Source of the DNA: an uncultured Candidatus Saccharibacteria bacterium
GTDB taxonomy: Bacteria; Patescibacteriota; Doudnabacteria; UBA920
Assembly: GCA_964473815.1 (NCBI GenBank)
Contig: CAYYQK010000001.1
Coordinates: 243,845 to 307,844, forward strand
DNA length: 64,000 bases
Direction: 5' to 3'
Shown: positions 55,989-64,000 of the stretch, piece by piece
How the letters are laid out: every line of letters starts with the position of its first letter
Position numbering within the stretch: position 1 is the stretch's first letter
Made by a program: the position numbers and the translations under genes
Notes under the pieces: model-generated
What the model was told of the DNA's origin: nothing
Database searches by the model: none
The model's input: only the letters and a program-made list of their open reading frames with translations

Positions 55989-58451
55989 TTATACGACAAT
56001 ATTCACTATTCGGCCCGGGACGAAAATAAATTGCTTTGGTTCTTTTTCGTCTAAATATTTTTGCACGGTTTCATCTGCAAGAACTAACTGTTTTACTTCT
56101 TCCTCACCTGCTTCAGCTGGCACTTCGACTTCGCAACGTTTTTTGCCATTGATCTGCACTGGCAATAAAATTGTTTCTTCCTTAAACAATTCAGAATTAA
56201 ATTCAGGCCATGGGGAAGTATGGATAGTTTTTTCTTCACCAAAACTTGCCCAGAGCTCTTCGGTCATATGCGGCGCAATTGGCGCAAGTAATTTCAAAAA
56301 TAATTTAAAATCAGTAGGGGAGACTTGTAATTCAGAAATTTCGTTCAAGCAAATCATCAAACTCGCAGCTGCGGTATTAAACTTAAAAGTTTCTATATCC
56401 CCGCTCACCTTTTTTATTGTCCGATGAATTGATGCTAATGCTTTTTCATCAGTTTGTCCTGCATTTTCTTTTTGCACTTTTTCTGCAAATCGCCACACGC
56501 GTTCTAGAAAACGGCGACTCCCTTGCAAATCATTATCATTCCACGGTGCGGGCTTTTCGTAAGGACCAATGAACATTTCATATAGACGAAAGGCATCTGC
56601 ACCTACTTCATTCACAACATCCTCAGGGCTGCGACTATTCCCCTTTCGCTTCGAAATTTTTGTTCCATCTGATGCAAGAATATATCCCAAAAATTCTAAA
56701 CGAGAAAAAGGTTCTGGAAAATCTACCATGCCGGCGTCTTGCATCACTTTATGCCAAAAACGACCGTAAATTAAGTGGGCTACTGCATGATCTGCACCAG
56801 AGTAAACATTTACTGGTCCCCAATACTTGGCAGATTCTTTTGAGAAAGGCTCTTCAGTATTGTGTGGATCCATGTATCGCAGCCAATACCAAGATGACCC
56901 TGCCCATTGCGGCATAGTATTTGTTTCGCGTTTTGCGGGGATCCAGTCAGCATCTTCGGGTCCGGCTACGTCCGCAGTTTTTACTTCGCCTGTTGCCGGA
57001 TTTATTTGTGCATTCACCCATTCTGGAATTCCTGCTAAGGGCCCTTCGATGTTCCCTGTTGGTTCATAGCTTTCAACTTTTGGCAGCTGCATGTTAACTA
57101 AAAATTCTGGAATTACCGGCACTGCAAAAAATTCCTCTGGCTCATCTGAACCCTCAACATCTTCTTTGTAAGTTACAGGTTCGCTTGGCAACCAATCTTT
57201 CACAGGCCCTTTAGCGATTTGGTCGTAAGCCTCCCGGCCTTGCACCCAAACAATAGGAAAAGGTTCACCCCAAAAACGCTGACGGGAAAATACCCAGTCA
57301 CGAATTTTGTATCGCTTTTGTGCTTTGGCGTTTACTTTTTTCGCAGCTGCTTGAATGTTCATGCTTTCAAACGGCGCAACTTCCCAGCCCATTATCGCAG
57401 CCATTTCTTTGTCGCGCTCATCTAAGAAAGGTACAGCCATTATCGCGCCAGTTCCATAAGAAGATAAAACATAATCGGCAACAAGAATTGGTACTTCGCC
57501 ACCAGTGACAGGGTTTGTTGCAGTCACGCCTTCAATCACCACGCCAGTTTTCACATTCATAGTTTGTCTATCTAACTCAGTTTTTTGTCGTGCCTGTTCG
57601 ATGTAATCTTCAACATCTTTTGTATTTTGGGCATGCGCTAACAATTCTTGTACCAAAGAACTATCTGGGGCGAGCACCAAAAAATTTACACCAGGCAAAG
57701 TTTCAATCTTGGTTGTGTACACCGGCACATTAATTCCAGCAGAAGTTGCAAACTCAAAATCATAGCCTTCACTGCGGCCGATCCAATTGCGCTGTGCGTT
57801 CTTAATTTTTTCGGGCCATTCATCAAGTAAATCTAAATCATCAATTAAACGATCGGCATATTTGGTAATTAATAACACCCATTGCCGCATCGGCATTTGG
57901 TAAACCGGATAGCCGCCGCGTTCGCTCTTTCCATTTACAATATCTTCATTGGCGAGGACAGTTCCTAAATCTGGGCACCAGTTCACGACTGTATTTTGAT
58001 TCACTGCCAAACCACGACGAAAAAATTCTAGAAAAATTCTTTGCGTGTGTTTGTAATATTCTGGATCAGTGGTATTAACTTCGCGCGACCAATCATAACC
58101 AATGCCAAGCATTTTTAATTGACGCTTAAAAGTTTCAATATTCCGCTCAACAGTTAAGCTCGGATATTCTTTTTTTTCAATCGCGGTTTCTTCTGCAGGC
58201 AAACCAAAAGCATCCCAACCCATTGGGTGCAAAACATTATGGCCTTGCATGCGCTTCATGCGTGAGTAAACATCGGTGGCAACATAACCACGCGGATGCC
58301 CTACATGCATACTGCTTCCGCTCGGATATGGAAACATGTCGGCCACATAAGCAGTCGGTCGAGAGTCATCAAAGTTTTCAGCTCTATAGATTTCGTCAGC
58401 GTCCCACTTTTCCTGCCACTTGCTTTCAAATTTTTTCGGGTCAAACGTCAT
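55989..58451 (-). CDS. leuS: Leucyl-tRNA synthetase
   Basis: HVGHPRGYV (HMGH) and KISKRKGN (KMSKS) motifs. 820 aa. Confidence 0.95.
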   Translation of the reverse strand: MTFDPKKFESKWQEKWDADEIYRAENFDDSRPTAYVADMFPYPSGSSMHVGHPRGYVATDVYSRMKRMQGHNVLHPMGWDAFGLPAEETAIEKKEYPSLTVERNIETFKRQLKMLGIGYDWSREVNTTDPEYYKHTQRIFLEFFRRGLAVNQNTVVNWCPDLGTVLANEDIVNGKSERGGYPVYQMPMRQWVLLITKYADRLIDDLDLLDEWPEKIKNAQRNWIGRSEGYDFEFATSAGINVPVYTTKIETLPGVNFLVLAPDSSLVQELLAHAQNTKDVEDYIEQARQKTELDRQTMNVKTGVVIEGVTATNPVTGGEVPILVADYVLSSYGTGAIMAVPFLDERDKEMAAIMGWEVAPFESMNIQAAAKKVNAKAQKRYKIRDWVFSRQRFWGEPFPIVWVQGREAYDQIAKGPVKDWLPSEPVTYKEDVEGSDEPEEFFAVPVIPEFLVNMQLPKVESYEPTGNIEGPLAGIPEWVNAQINPATGEVKTADVAGPEDADWIPAKRETNTMPQWAGSSWYWLRYMDPHNTEEPFSKESAKYWGPVNVYSGADHAVAHLIYGRFWHKVMQDAGMVDFPEPFSRLEFLGYILASDGTKISKRKGNSRSPEDVVNEVGADAFRLYEMFIGPYEKPAPWNDNDLQGSRRFLERVWRFAEKVQKENAGQTDEKALASIHRTIKKVSGDIETFKFNTAAASLMICLNEISELQVSPTDFKLFLKLLAPIAPHMTEELWASFGEEKTIHTSPWPEFNSELFKEETILLPVQINGKKRCEVEVPAEAGEEEVKQLVLADETVQKYLDEKEPKQFIFVPGRIVNIVV

Positions 58452-58511
58452 ATTTCTTCGATTTCGTACGAATTACCCGATTATTATAGCAAAAAATCGC
58501 CACATGGGCGA

Positions 58512-58694
58512 TTATTTGCGTTTTTTTGGAACTTTCGCACCAGCTTCTCTGGCTTCAGAAATTCCGATTGCAATCGCTTGCTTGCGACTGGTAACTTTTT
58601 TCCCGCTTCTACCGCTTTTTAGTTTTCCACTTTTATACTCATGCATCACCTTACCAACTTTTTTCTGCGTGGTCTTACTATATTTTCTTGGCAT
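58512..58694 (-). CDS. Small Lys-rich conserved-looking protein (60 aa)
   Basis: MPRKYSKTTQKKVGKVMHEYKSGKLKSGRSGKKVTSRKQAIAIGISEA. Confidence 0.45.
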   Translation of the reverse strand: MPRKYSKTTQKKVGKVMHEYKSGKLKSGRSGKKVTSRKQAIAIGISEAREAGAKVPKKRK

Positions 58695-58753
58695 AAATCT
58701 TTACTTAATTATATTCAAAATAATAAAGCAAGTTTATGAGAAATGTGTTAAAA

Positions 58754-59257
58754 CTATTTTTTTAATACGAATGCAATTTCTTCTTTTATACCATCGATGC
58801 ATTCGTAATTTTTTATTTCTTCTGCATTAACCCAGGCAAAATCAGTAAAGCCGCCAGCTTCTGGAACAACATCACCACTTTTATATTCTGCAGCAAATTT
58901 AATTAATAGGGTTGGAGTTTCGTCTGGCCGGACATAGGCCACACTGTTGATATAAGTTAGTTTTGACTCTATTTCTATCCCCGCTTCTTCTCGAACTTCG
59001 CGCGCCAGCAAGTCTTCAATTGCATTTTCAAAATCTAAAACTTCTCCGTTAATCCGCGACGGGTTTTGTAGATCCAAATCTTTCCATTCTAATTTTCCGC
59101 CCGGCACTGCAAATTTACCAGGGTGAACTTTTTCTCGCTCATCACGTTTCAAAATTAAACACCGCCCATCATCACGCCGAAATACAATTACATTGGCAAC
59201 AACATAAAACAACTTTTCTACTTTGGCATTATCAATACTGATTTTTGACGCTATCAT
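58754..59257 (-). CDS. NUDIX hydrolase
   Basis: Nudix box GGKLEWKDL...REVREEAGIEI. Confidence 0.85.
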   Translation of the reverse strand: MIASKISIDNAKVEKLFYVVANVIVFRRDDGRCLILKRDEREKVHPGKFAVPGGKLEWKDLDLQNPSRINGEVLDFENAIEDLLAREVREEAGIEIESKLTYINSVAYVRPDETPTLLIKFAAEYKSGDVVPEAGGFTDFAWVNAEEIKNYECIDGIKEEIAFVLKK

Positions 59258-59682
59258 TTTATATATCCTAATCGAGTAAATAATTCTACAGAGGGCGGCA
59301 CTATGTCATTTTTTGACAAATACTCTTTTGATTTCCAATCGATCGCTAGGACATCTCCCGAGATAAAAAATTTACCTCCTAAAAATCTGCAAAGGAAATA
59401 TTTATATATAAAATCTTTTTCAATCCCATCGCTATCTATTTTAGTTTCATATCCGGGTTCAATTTGTTTATCAGTCACATCAATTTCGACTCCCCACTCA
59501 TCCTTCATATACTTTTGCAAAGTCAGATGGTCATCTTGACCGTCGACCGGATCGCAACCAAAAAGATACCAAGTTTCTTTGTAAGGTGAATTTGGTTTCT
59601 TAAGGCGCATCAAAATTGCATCTCCATGGATAGAGTCTTCATTTTCAATTATTGCCATTAATAATTCCTTTTTTGGATTCAT
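59254..59682 (-). CDS. Hypothetical protein, possibly degenerate Nudix-like
   Basis: ATGA overlap with the downstream Nudix gene. Weak E..L..EWGVEI remnant. Confidence 0.35.
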   Translation of the reverse strand: MNPKKELLMAIIENEDSIHGDAILMRLKKPNSPYKETWYLFGCDPVDGQDDHLTLQKYMKDEWGVEIDVTDKQIEPGYETKIDSDGIEKDFIYKYFLCRFLGGKFFISGDVLAIDWKSKEYLSKNDIVPPSVELFTRLGYIK

Positions 59683-59684
59683 AA

Positions 59685-60008
59685 TCAGTCTATTATTTCA
59701 ATCGGATAAACATCCGTGGCTGGCTCCTCGTATGGATGAACCTTTTTTATAGCATTCAAGACTGCCCGAAGTTTCTCTTCTTCGCACACAGTTTCGATTC
59801 TATCTTCTGATACCTCTTCAAGCTTGCCAACATCTTCTATTGTTGGATTAGCACCTTGTTCAGGCTTGAATCGACCAGTTCCTTTTATCGTAAAAGTACA
59901 GTGTGAATAATTACCGATCTTGCCAGCGCCAGCATTACCCATTGCTTCCCGCAACTTATCTGCGTGGTCTTCGGGCACGTAGACAACAATTTTAAATCTT
60001 TTGGCCAT
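59685..60008 (-). CDS. Stand-alone NIF3 (DUF34)-family PII-like domain protein or gene remnant
   Basis: KIVVYVPEDHADKLREAM...AGAGKIGNYSHCTF...GTGRFKP...HPYEEPATDVYPIE matches the conserved insert/C-terminal region of Nif3-family proteins. About 107 aa from MAKRFK. Confidence 0.45.
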   Translation of the reverse strand: MAKRFKIVVYVPEDHADKLREAMGNAGAGKIGNYSHCTFTIKGTGRFKPEQGANPTIEDVGKLEEVSEDRIETVCEEEKLRAVLNAIKKVHPYEEPATDVYPIEIID

Positions 60009-60057
60009 ATCTGAAATATAGCAAATTCTGAAGTTTTGTGGTATAATGCAAGCAAAT

Positions 60058-61287
60058 ATGGGTTTTAAGACACAAATACCAAAGTATGCTGCAATTCTCG
60101 CTGTTATGGCACTGATGGTAGAATCAGTGGTTTTTGGCGTGTCTCCAAAAAGTGTGGCCGCTCTCACAACTGATGACCAGATCGCGGCCTTAAATCAAAA
60201 AATCGCCGAGTATCAAGCGCAGCTAAAAAAGATTGGTTCAGATAAAAAAACTTTGCAATCGGCTATTAAAACTTTGGATTTGCAACGCGCGCAGGTAGAA
60301 GCACAAGTGCAGGTGAATCAACATCAAATTCAAACTACAGAAACTCAAATTAATGATTTAAATTCTCAAGTCGACAGCACTCAAAAAACAATTGAGTCCA
60401 ACAAACAATTACTCGCCGAATATATGCGCGAGATGAAACAGCATGAAGATCAACCGTTAATTTTGCGTTTAATTTCTGCGCAAACTTTTTCTGATTTTTG
60501 GGCAGACATCGAAGCAGTTACAAAAATCACGGACTTGCTTCACAAAAAAAGTGAAGAACTGCAGGATCAACAAAATCGTTTAAAAATTGCGCAAGCCAGT
60601 TTGCAGCAACACGAAACAGAGTTAAGTGCGCAAAACGATGACTTAAAAGATAATCAACACTCGCTTAACAACACAATTTCTTCGAAGAGTGATTTGTTGT
60701 CGCAAACCAAAAACAAAGAAGGTGAATATCAGAAGTTGTTAGCCAATGCGAAAAAACAATTGGATAGTTTTTCTGCTTTCACAAAAAATGCTGGTGGTTC
60801 CGGACTCGTTGGCACGCAAACGGTTTGTGATTCTTGGGGTTGTTACTACAATCAACGTGACTCAGCCTGGGGCGGACAAGCACTTAACGGCACTGGCTAC
60901 ACTTTGGCAAGCGATGGTTGTTTAGTTACCTCGGTGGCAATGGTCATGACACACTACGGTTACAAAAAAGTAACACCGGCTTCGATTAATTCGAATCCGG
61001 CGAACTTTGCCTCTTACTACCCTGCTTACTTGATGTACACAGTTAGTAGTGGTGGCGGTACAGCGACTCGTAAATCAGCTGATATTGATTCAACTTTAGC
61101 GGGCGGTGACCCAGTAATTGTTGGCTTAAACGTTAAAGGCGGCACGCACTTTGTGGTTTTGGTTAGCGGGAGTGGCGGCAACTACATTATGCGCGACCCT
61201 TACTACAGCGGCGGCAAAGACATTCCTTTCAGCACATACTATTCTACAAAAAGTATCTTTAGCTCTTCGAGAGTAATCGTAAACTAG
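60058..61287 (+). CDS. Secreted coiled-coil protein with C-terminal Cys/His peptidase-like domain (PcsB/RipA-like architecture)
   Basis: Signal peptide, about 200 aa of Gln-rich coiled coil, then DGCLVTSVAMVMTHYG and GGTHFVVLVSG. Confidence 0.5.
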   Translation: MGFKTQIPKYAAILAVMALMVESVVFGVSPKSVAALTTDDQIAALNQKIAEYQAQLKKIGSDKKTLQSAIKTLDLQRAQVEAQVQVNQHQIQTTETQINDLNSQVDSTQKTIESNKQLLAEYMREMKQHEDQPLILRLISAQTFSDFWADIEAVTKITDLLHKKSEELQDQQNRLKIAQASLQQHETELSAQNDDLKDNQHSLNNTISSKSDLLSQTKNKEGEYQKLLANAKKQLDSFSAFTKNAGGSGLVGTQTVCDSWGCYYNQRDSAWGGQALNGTGYTLASDGCLVTSVAMVMTHYGYKKVTPASINSNPANFASYYPAYLMYTVSSGGGTATRKSADIDSTLAGGDPVIVGLNVKGGTHFVVLVSGSGGNYIMRDPYYSGGKDIPFSTYYSTKSIFSSSRVIVN

Positions 61288-61721
61288 ATACTCAAATAGA
61301 CAAACCAGCACAAATATAATCCAAGAACCAAACACACGATGGCGCTTAAAGCAATCCATGGTGTGTTTTTTCCATACCAGCGTGCGGTTTTTTCTACAGT
61401 TGCTGGTGAAATTGCAAATGCAGCGGACTTGAGGAATAAACTCCAGCCAAGCAAACTAATTACAATCTCTGGGAAATTGCCCCAGACATTGTGAAAATGA
61501 ATCTGGGCAAGGGCTGCTGCCATCCCAACCATGGCAAACAAAAGTCCTGCCAATGTTTCATTCTTTAAATCCTGATAAACCCTTCGGTAGTGATTAGGGC
61601 TGATCAAAATTCCGACGCCGACTGCGACCAAAATTGGTCCCCAAATTTCGGCTAAAAGACTTGTTACGCTCATAACATAATTTTTAATGATCTCTACCGC
61701 AAGCGTACGCCTTATTTCCAA
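61284..61721 (-). CDS. Membrane protein, unknown function
   Basis: Four hydrophobic helices. Confidence 0.45.
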   Translation of the reverse strand: MEIRRTLAVEIIKNYVMSVTSLLAEIWGPILVAVGVGILISPNHYRRVYQDLKNETLAGLLFAMVGMAAALAQIHFHNVWGNFPEIVISLLGWSLFLKSAAFAISPATVEKTARWYGKNTPWIALSAIVCLVLGLYLCWFVYLSI

Positions 61722-61777
61722 AAATTAAAAGTGGATAACAAAAAAACCGCCGCAAGGGCGATTTGTTGTTGGTATGT

Positions 61778-62200
61778 TTACACCATCATCCACTTGAAGA
61801 CAACGGCAATGATTTCCATGCAGACTAGCGATGCGCCAGTGGCAATTAAAATCTTGACCATCATCCAGTTTGGCTTTGTACCTCCAAAGATGACAGCTGC
61901 TACCTGAGTTGGGAAAATAAATCCTAACCAGAAGAAGAATGCAATCCCGTAAATGTTCCAGGTTGGGTTAATGCCGCCCAGCATTAGCGCGAACACAATT
62001 GTCGTGACAAATGTCATGATGAATTGCAGGACCAACCACTTCCACATGTCTCTCATCATATCTTTCTGCTTATAAGCAGGGACTTGATCGAAGCCATGAA
62101 TTTTACCCCAGATTTTGCCAAATAAAGGCATGTACCAAATGAAGCCAAAAACGAACTGCGCGATTGTGGCGAGTATAATCGCCGTGTAATTTAGTTCCAT
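61778..62200 (-). CDS. Membrane protein, unknown function
   Basis: Four hydrophobic helices. Confidence 0.45.
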   Translation of the reverse strand: MELNYTAIILATIAQFVFGFIWYMPLFGKIWGKIHGFDQVPAYKQKDMMRDMWKWLVLQFIMTFVTTIVFALMLGGINPTWNIYGIAFFFWLGFIFPTQVAAVIFGGTKPNWMMVKILIATGASLVCMEIIAVVFKWMMV

Positions 62201-62272
62201 GTTTCCATGTTAATGATTATTGATATTATATCAATTTTTTTTGATATAATAAAAATATAAGTTAAAGAAGCG

Positions 62273-62818
62273 ATGAATTCAAAAAATTCAGGATTTACAT
62301 TAATTGAACTGTTAGTTGTAATTACTGTGATTGGATTATTGGCAGCTGTGGTTTTAGTATACGTGAACTATGCCAGAATTACGGCCAGAAATAATAAGCG
62401 CCTCGCTGATGTGACGCAATTAGTCAAAGCGTTCAAACTGGCATCTCCTGATGGTAGTTTACCAGATACAAGTGGTGCCACTTTGATTAGTGGCGGCTCT
62501 AGTTCTGGGTACGCATGTGTAAGCCAAGCTTGCTATGGCGCTTTTTCGGATTACCAAAACTATTGGCCAGTCACTGCTTTTTTATCCCCTGCGCTTTCGG
62601 TATATCCTAGTGATGCATCAGATAATACCCGCACTGCTGGCGGATATTTATTTAACAGCAACTTAGTTGCAAATGCTACTGGGCCGGCTGGGAATTATTT
62701 ACCTTCCGGACCTGTGATTCAGTACTTTTTAGAAATCAGAGGAACACCTAATTGCGGCACTGGAATTTTGTGGAAAGTGACTTCTGATCGCGCCGTCTGT
62801 TATATGTTGTTGAATTAA
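62273..62818 (+). CDS. Type IV prepilin-like protein (N-terminal cleavage/methylation motif)
   Basis: GFTLIELLVVITVIGLLAAVVLV class III signal. Confidence 0.8.
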   Translation: MNSKNSGFTLIELLVVITVIGLLAAVVLVYVNYARITARNNKRLADVTQLVKAFKLASPDGSLPDTSGATLISGGSSSGYACVSQACYGAFSDYQNYWPVTAFLSPALSVYPSDASDNTRTAGGYLFNSNLVANATGPAGNYLPSGPVIQYFLEIRGTPNCGTGILWKVTSDRAVCYMLLN

Positions 62819-63420
62819 AAAACACCATAACCAATGAAGCCGTCTTTGTCGGGGGTTGTGTGTTCGACAATCCGGATCGTGCCATATTCATTACCACCGA
62901 TGGTGGTAATTTTTCCGTTGTCGTTTTTTATTACGATGTTGGTATGATTTCCGAACGGACTTGGATTTTCATACAACATTACGTCGCCTACTTTCGGCTG
63001 GTAATTTGAAGCGGCTAGTTTTAATTGATGTTTAGATTTGAAATAATCGCGAAGTGTAATTGTCCCAGGGATGCGCCACGAATTCGAATTGGGGTTTACC
63101 AGCGGCTTCCCTGCTTTTTTGTAGATCCAACTTACAAAATCAGCACACCACGGTTCGCTGACACCTTGAGCATATTTAGTTCCTTGTGGCTGGGCTTTGT
63201 ATTCTTCTTTGAGCAATGTTACTAAATTTTGCTGAGTTGGCGAAAGTTGGGATGTGTCGATGTCTGGAAATCCTGTAAGCACAGTCAGAGGCTCCGGCTG
63301 CGTCGATTTCGGTCCGTTGTTGCTCGACAAAACCACATTCCTGTTCTTATGCAAAACCACGCCTGTAACAACAAATAGTGCGCTCACAAAAATAATGGGA
63401 AGAAAAAACTTCGACTTCAT
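62815..63420 (-). CDS. Secreted CHAP-domain amidase/peptidase
   Basis: Signal peptide, EPWCADFVSWIY catalytic Cys region, downstream His (FGNHTNIV). Confidence 0.7.
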   Translation of the reverse strand: MKSKFFLPIIFVSALFVVTGVVLHKNRNVVLSSNNGPKSTQPEPLTVLTGFPDIDTSQLSPTQQNLVTLLKEEYKAQPQGTKYAQGVSEPWCADFVSWIYKKAGKPLVNPNSNSWRIPGTITLRDYFKSKHQLKLAASNYQPKVGDVMLYENPSPFGNHTNIVIKNDNGKITTIGGNEYGTIRIVEHTTPDKDGFIGYGVF

Positions 63421-63424
63421 AGCT

Positions 63425-63991
63425 TTATTGTGATAAAAACTTTTTTAATTCTTCGGTGTTTGTAAATACATATCCGTGCATACCCACGCCTTTAGCAGCT
63501 TCCACGTATTTTGGATTATCATCAATCATTAAAGCTTCTTCGGGCAAAACTTCTAAATGCTGCAAAATTTTCTGATAGGCCTCGAGTTCGGGTTTAGCAT
63601 AAGCAATGTCGCTTGAGAGAAGAATTACATCAAACAAATCTTCTAATCCTTGATTGCGGGTGATCTCATGGAAAAACGGTGTCATGGTATTGCTCAACAA
63701 CCCCAACTTGTACTCCCCTTTTTGACTGCGAACCAAATTGAGTGAATCTTGTTTTAGCTTGGCTAGAGCAATCCATTCTTTTTCTATTTTCTCGGCATGA
63801 ATGCCAGTCTCGATGGACAAATTAGAAAACAATTCTGCTTGGGAAATTTCTCCTTTGTCTGCCGCTCGCATAAAGCTACTGCGGAATTCCTTGTTGCTGC
63901 CCGGAAAATTGTCATGAAACCAGACAGTCGACACTTCAGAACAAATTACCCCAAAAAAATCAAATATCAATGTATTGATGTTTCTATTCAT
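63425..63991 (-). CDS. HAD-superfamily hydrolase (subfamily IA)
   Basis: Motif I FDFFGV, motif II LLSNT, motifs III/IV K...MIDDNPKYVEAAKGVG. Confidence 0.8.
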   Translation of the reverse strand: MNRNINTLIFDFFGVICSEVSTVWFHDNFPGSNKEFRSSFMRAADKGEISQAELFSNLSIETGIHAEKIEKEWIALAKLKQDSLNLVRSQKGEYKLGLLSNTMTPFFHEITRNQGLEDLFDVILLSSDIAYAKPELEAYQKILQHLEVLPEEALMIDDNPKYVEAAKGVGMHGYVFTNTEELKKFLSQ

Positions 63992-64000
63992 TAATTCAGT

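Noticed and set aside
56569-58622. Multiple 60-136-aa plus-strand ORFs
   Set aside because: All are antisense to leuS or within its upstream region. None has an RBS.
1-64000. Alternative genetic code (UGA recoding as in some candidate phyla)
   Set aside because: Long housekeeping genes (dnaE 1157 aa, leuS 820 aa, thrS, aspS) are intact under the standard code with no in-frame TGA-dependent breaks.
1-64000. CRISPR arrays, rRNA genes, transposases, integrases
   Set aside because: No regularly spaced direct repeats were seen. No rRNA-like conserved blocks were seen. No DDE or tyrosine-recombinase-like ORFs were found among the translations.

Overview
The window is a gene-dense stretch of a reduced bacterial genome with moderate-to-low GC and many tight or overlapping gene junctions. 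Most of it is translation, replication and cell-envelope housekeeping. Protein-coding calls rest on motif recognition in the supplied ORF translations. No database searches were run, so product names are recognitions, not search hits. tRNA, promoter, terminator and riboswitch calls rest on direct reading of the sequence.

Confident protein-coding calls (standard genetic code, long intact ORFs):
- Translation: rpsB-tsf, rpmE, prfA-prmC, rplY, rplJ-rplL, thrS, cysS, aspS, leuS.
- Replication and repair: dnaE, dnaB, recR, lexA, scpA-scpB.
- Envelope and metabolism: a SEDS protein (RodA/FtsW), map, two tandem adenylate kinase paralogs, a Kef-type antiporter, lgt, purA, ppa, galE, trhO, a Nudix hydrolase, a HAD hydrolase, an ECF sigma factor.

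RNA genes found by eye: tRNA-Trp(CCA), tRNA-Thr(TGT), tRNA-Tyr(GTA), tRNA-Thr(GGT), tRNA-Glu(CTC).

Regulatory RNA: a good T-box riboswitch core lies directly upstream of aspS. It has a GGTGGCACCGCG box, a mutually exclusive antiterminator and terminator, and a UGGC bulge whose last base is complementary to a discriminator G73.

Candidate structured ncRNAs: two regions look like they encode structured ncRNAs. One is about 3.95-4.29 kb between tRNA genes, with its own promoter and intrinsic terminator. The other is 19.2-20.0 kb upstream of thrS, with RNase P-like P4 complementarity and CCATAGG/ACAGA motifs. Neither can be assigned to a family without a covariance-model search.

Accessory or unusual content:
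- An ECF sigma factor followed by a polytopic membrane protein and a secreted LTXXQ plus Gly/Met/His-rich protein, a putative envelope-stress module.
- An HtrA-like PDZ protein whose catalytic Ser appears replaced.
- A 692-aa DUF11-repeat surface protein with an LPXTG-like sorting signal.
- A cluster of type IV prepilin, a CHAP amidase, and a PcsB-like protein (coiled-coil plus Cys/His peptidase).
- A small island (46.3-48.1 kb) containing a P-loop kinase-like protein with a degenerate Walker A, an unknown 145-aa protein, and a lexA plus small ORF pair. Two perfectly identical 47-nt palindromic terminator elements and a 14-nt direct-repeat pair sit in this island.

No rRNA, CRISPR array, transposase or integrase was seen. 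The gene content and style (sortase signal, pilin, CHAP domains, many small membrane proteins, truncated housekeeping proteins) fit a small-genome monoderm-like lineage, possibly Patescibacteria-like. That lineage assignment is inference only.
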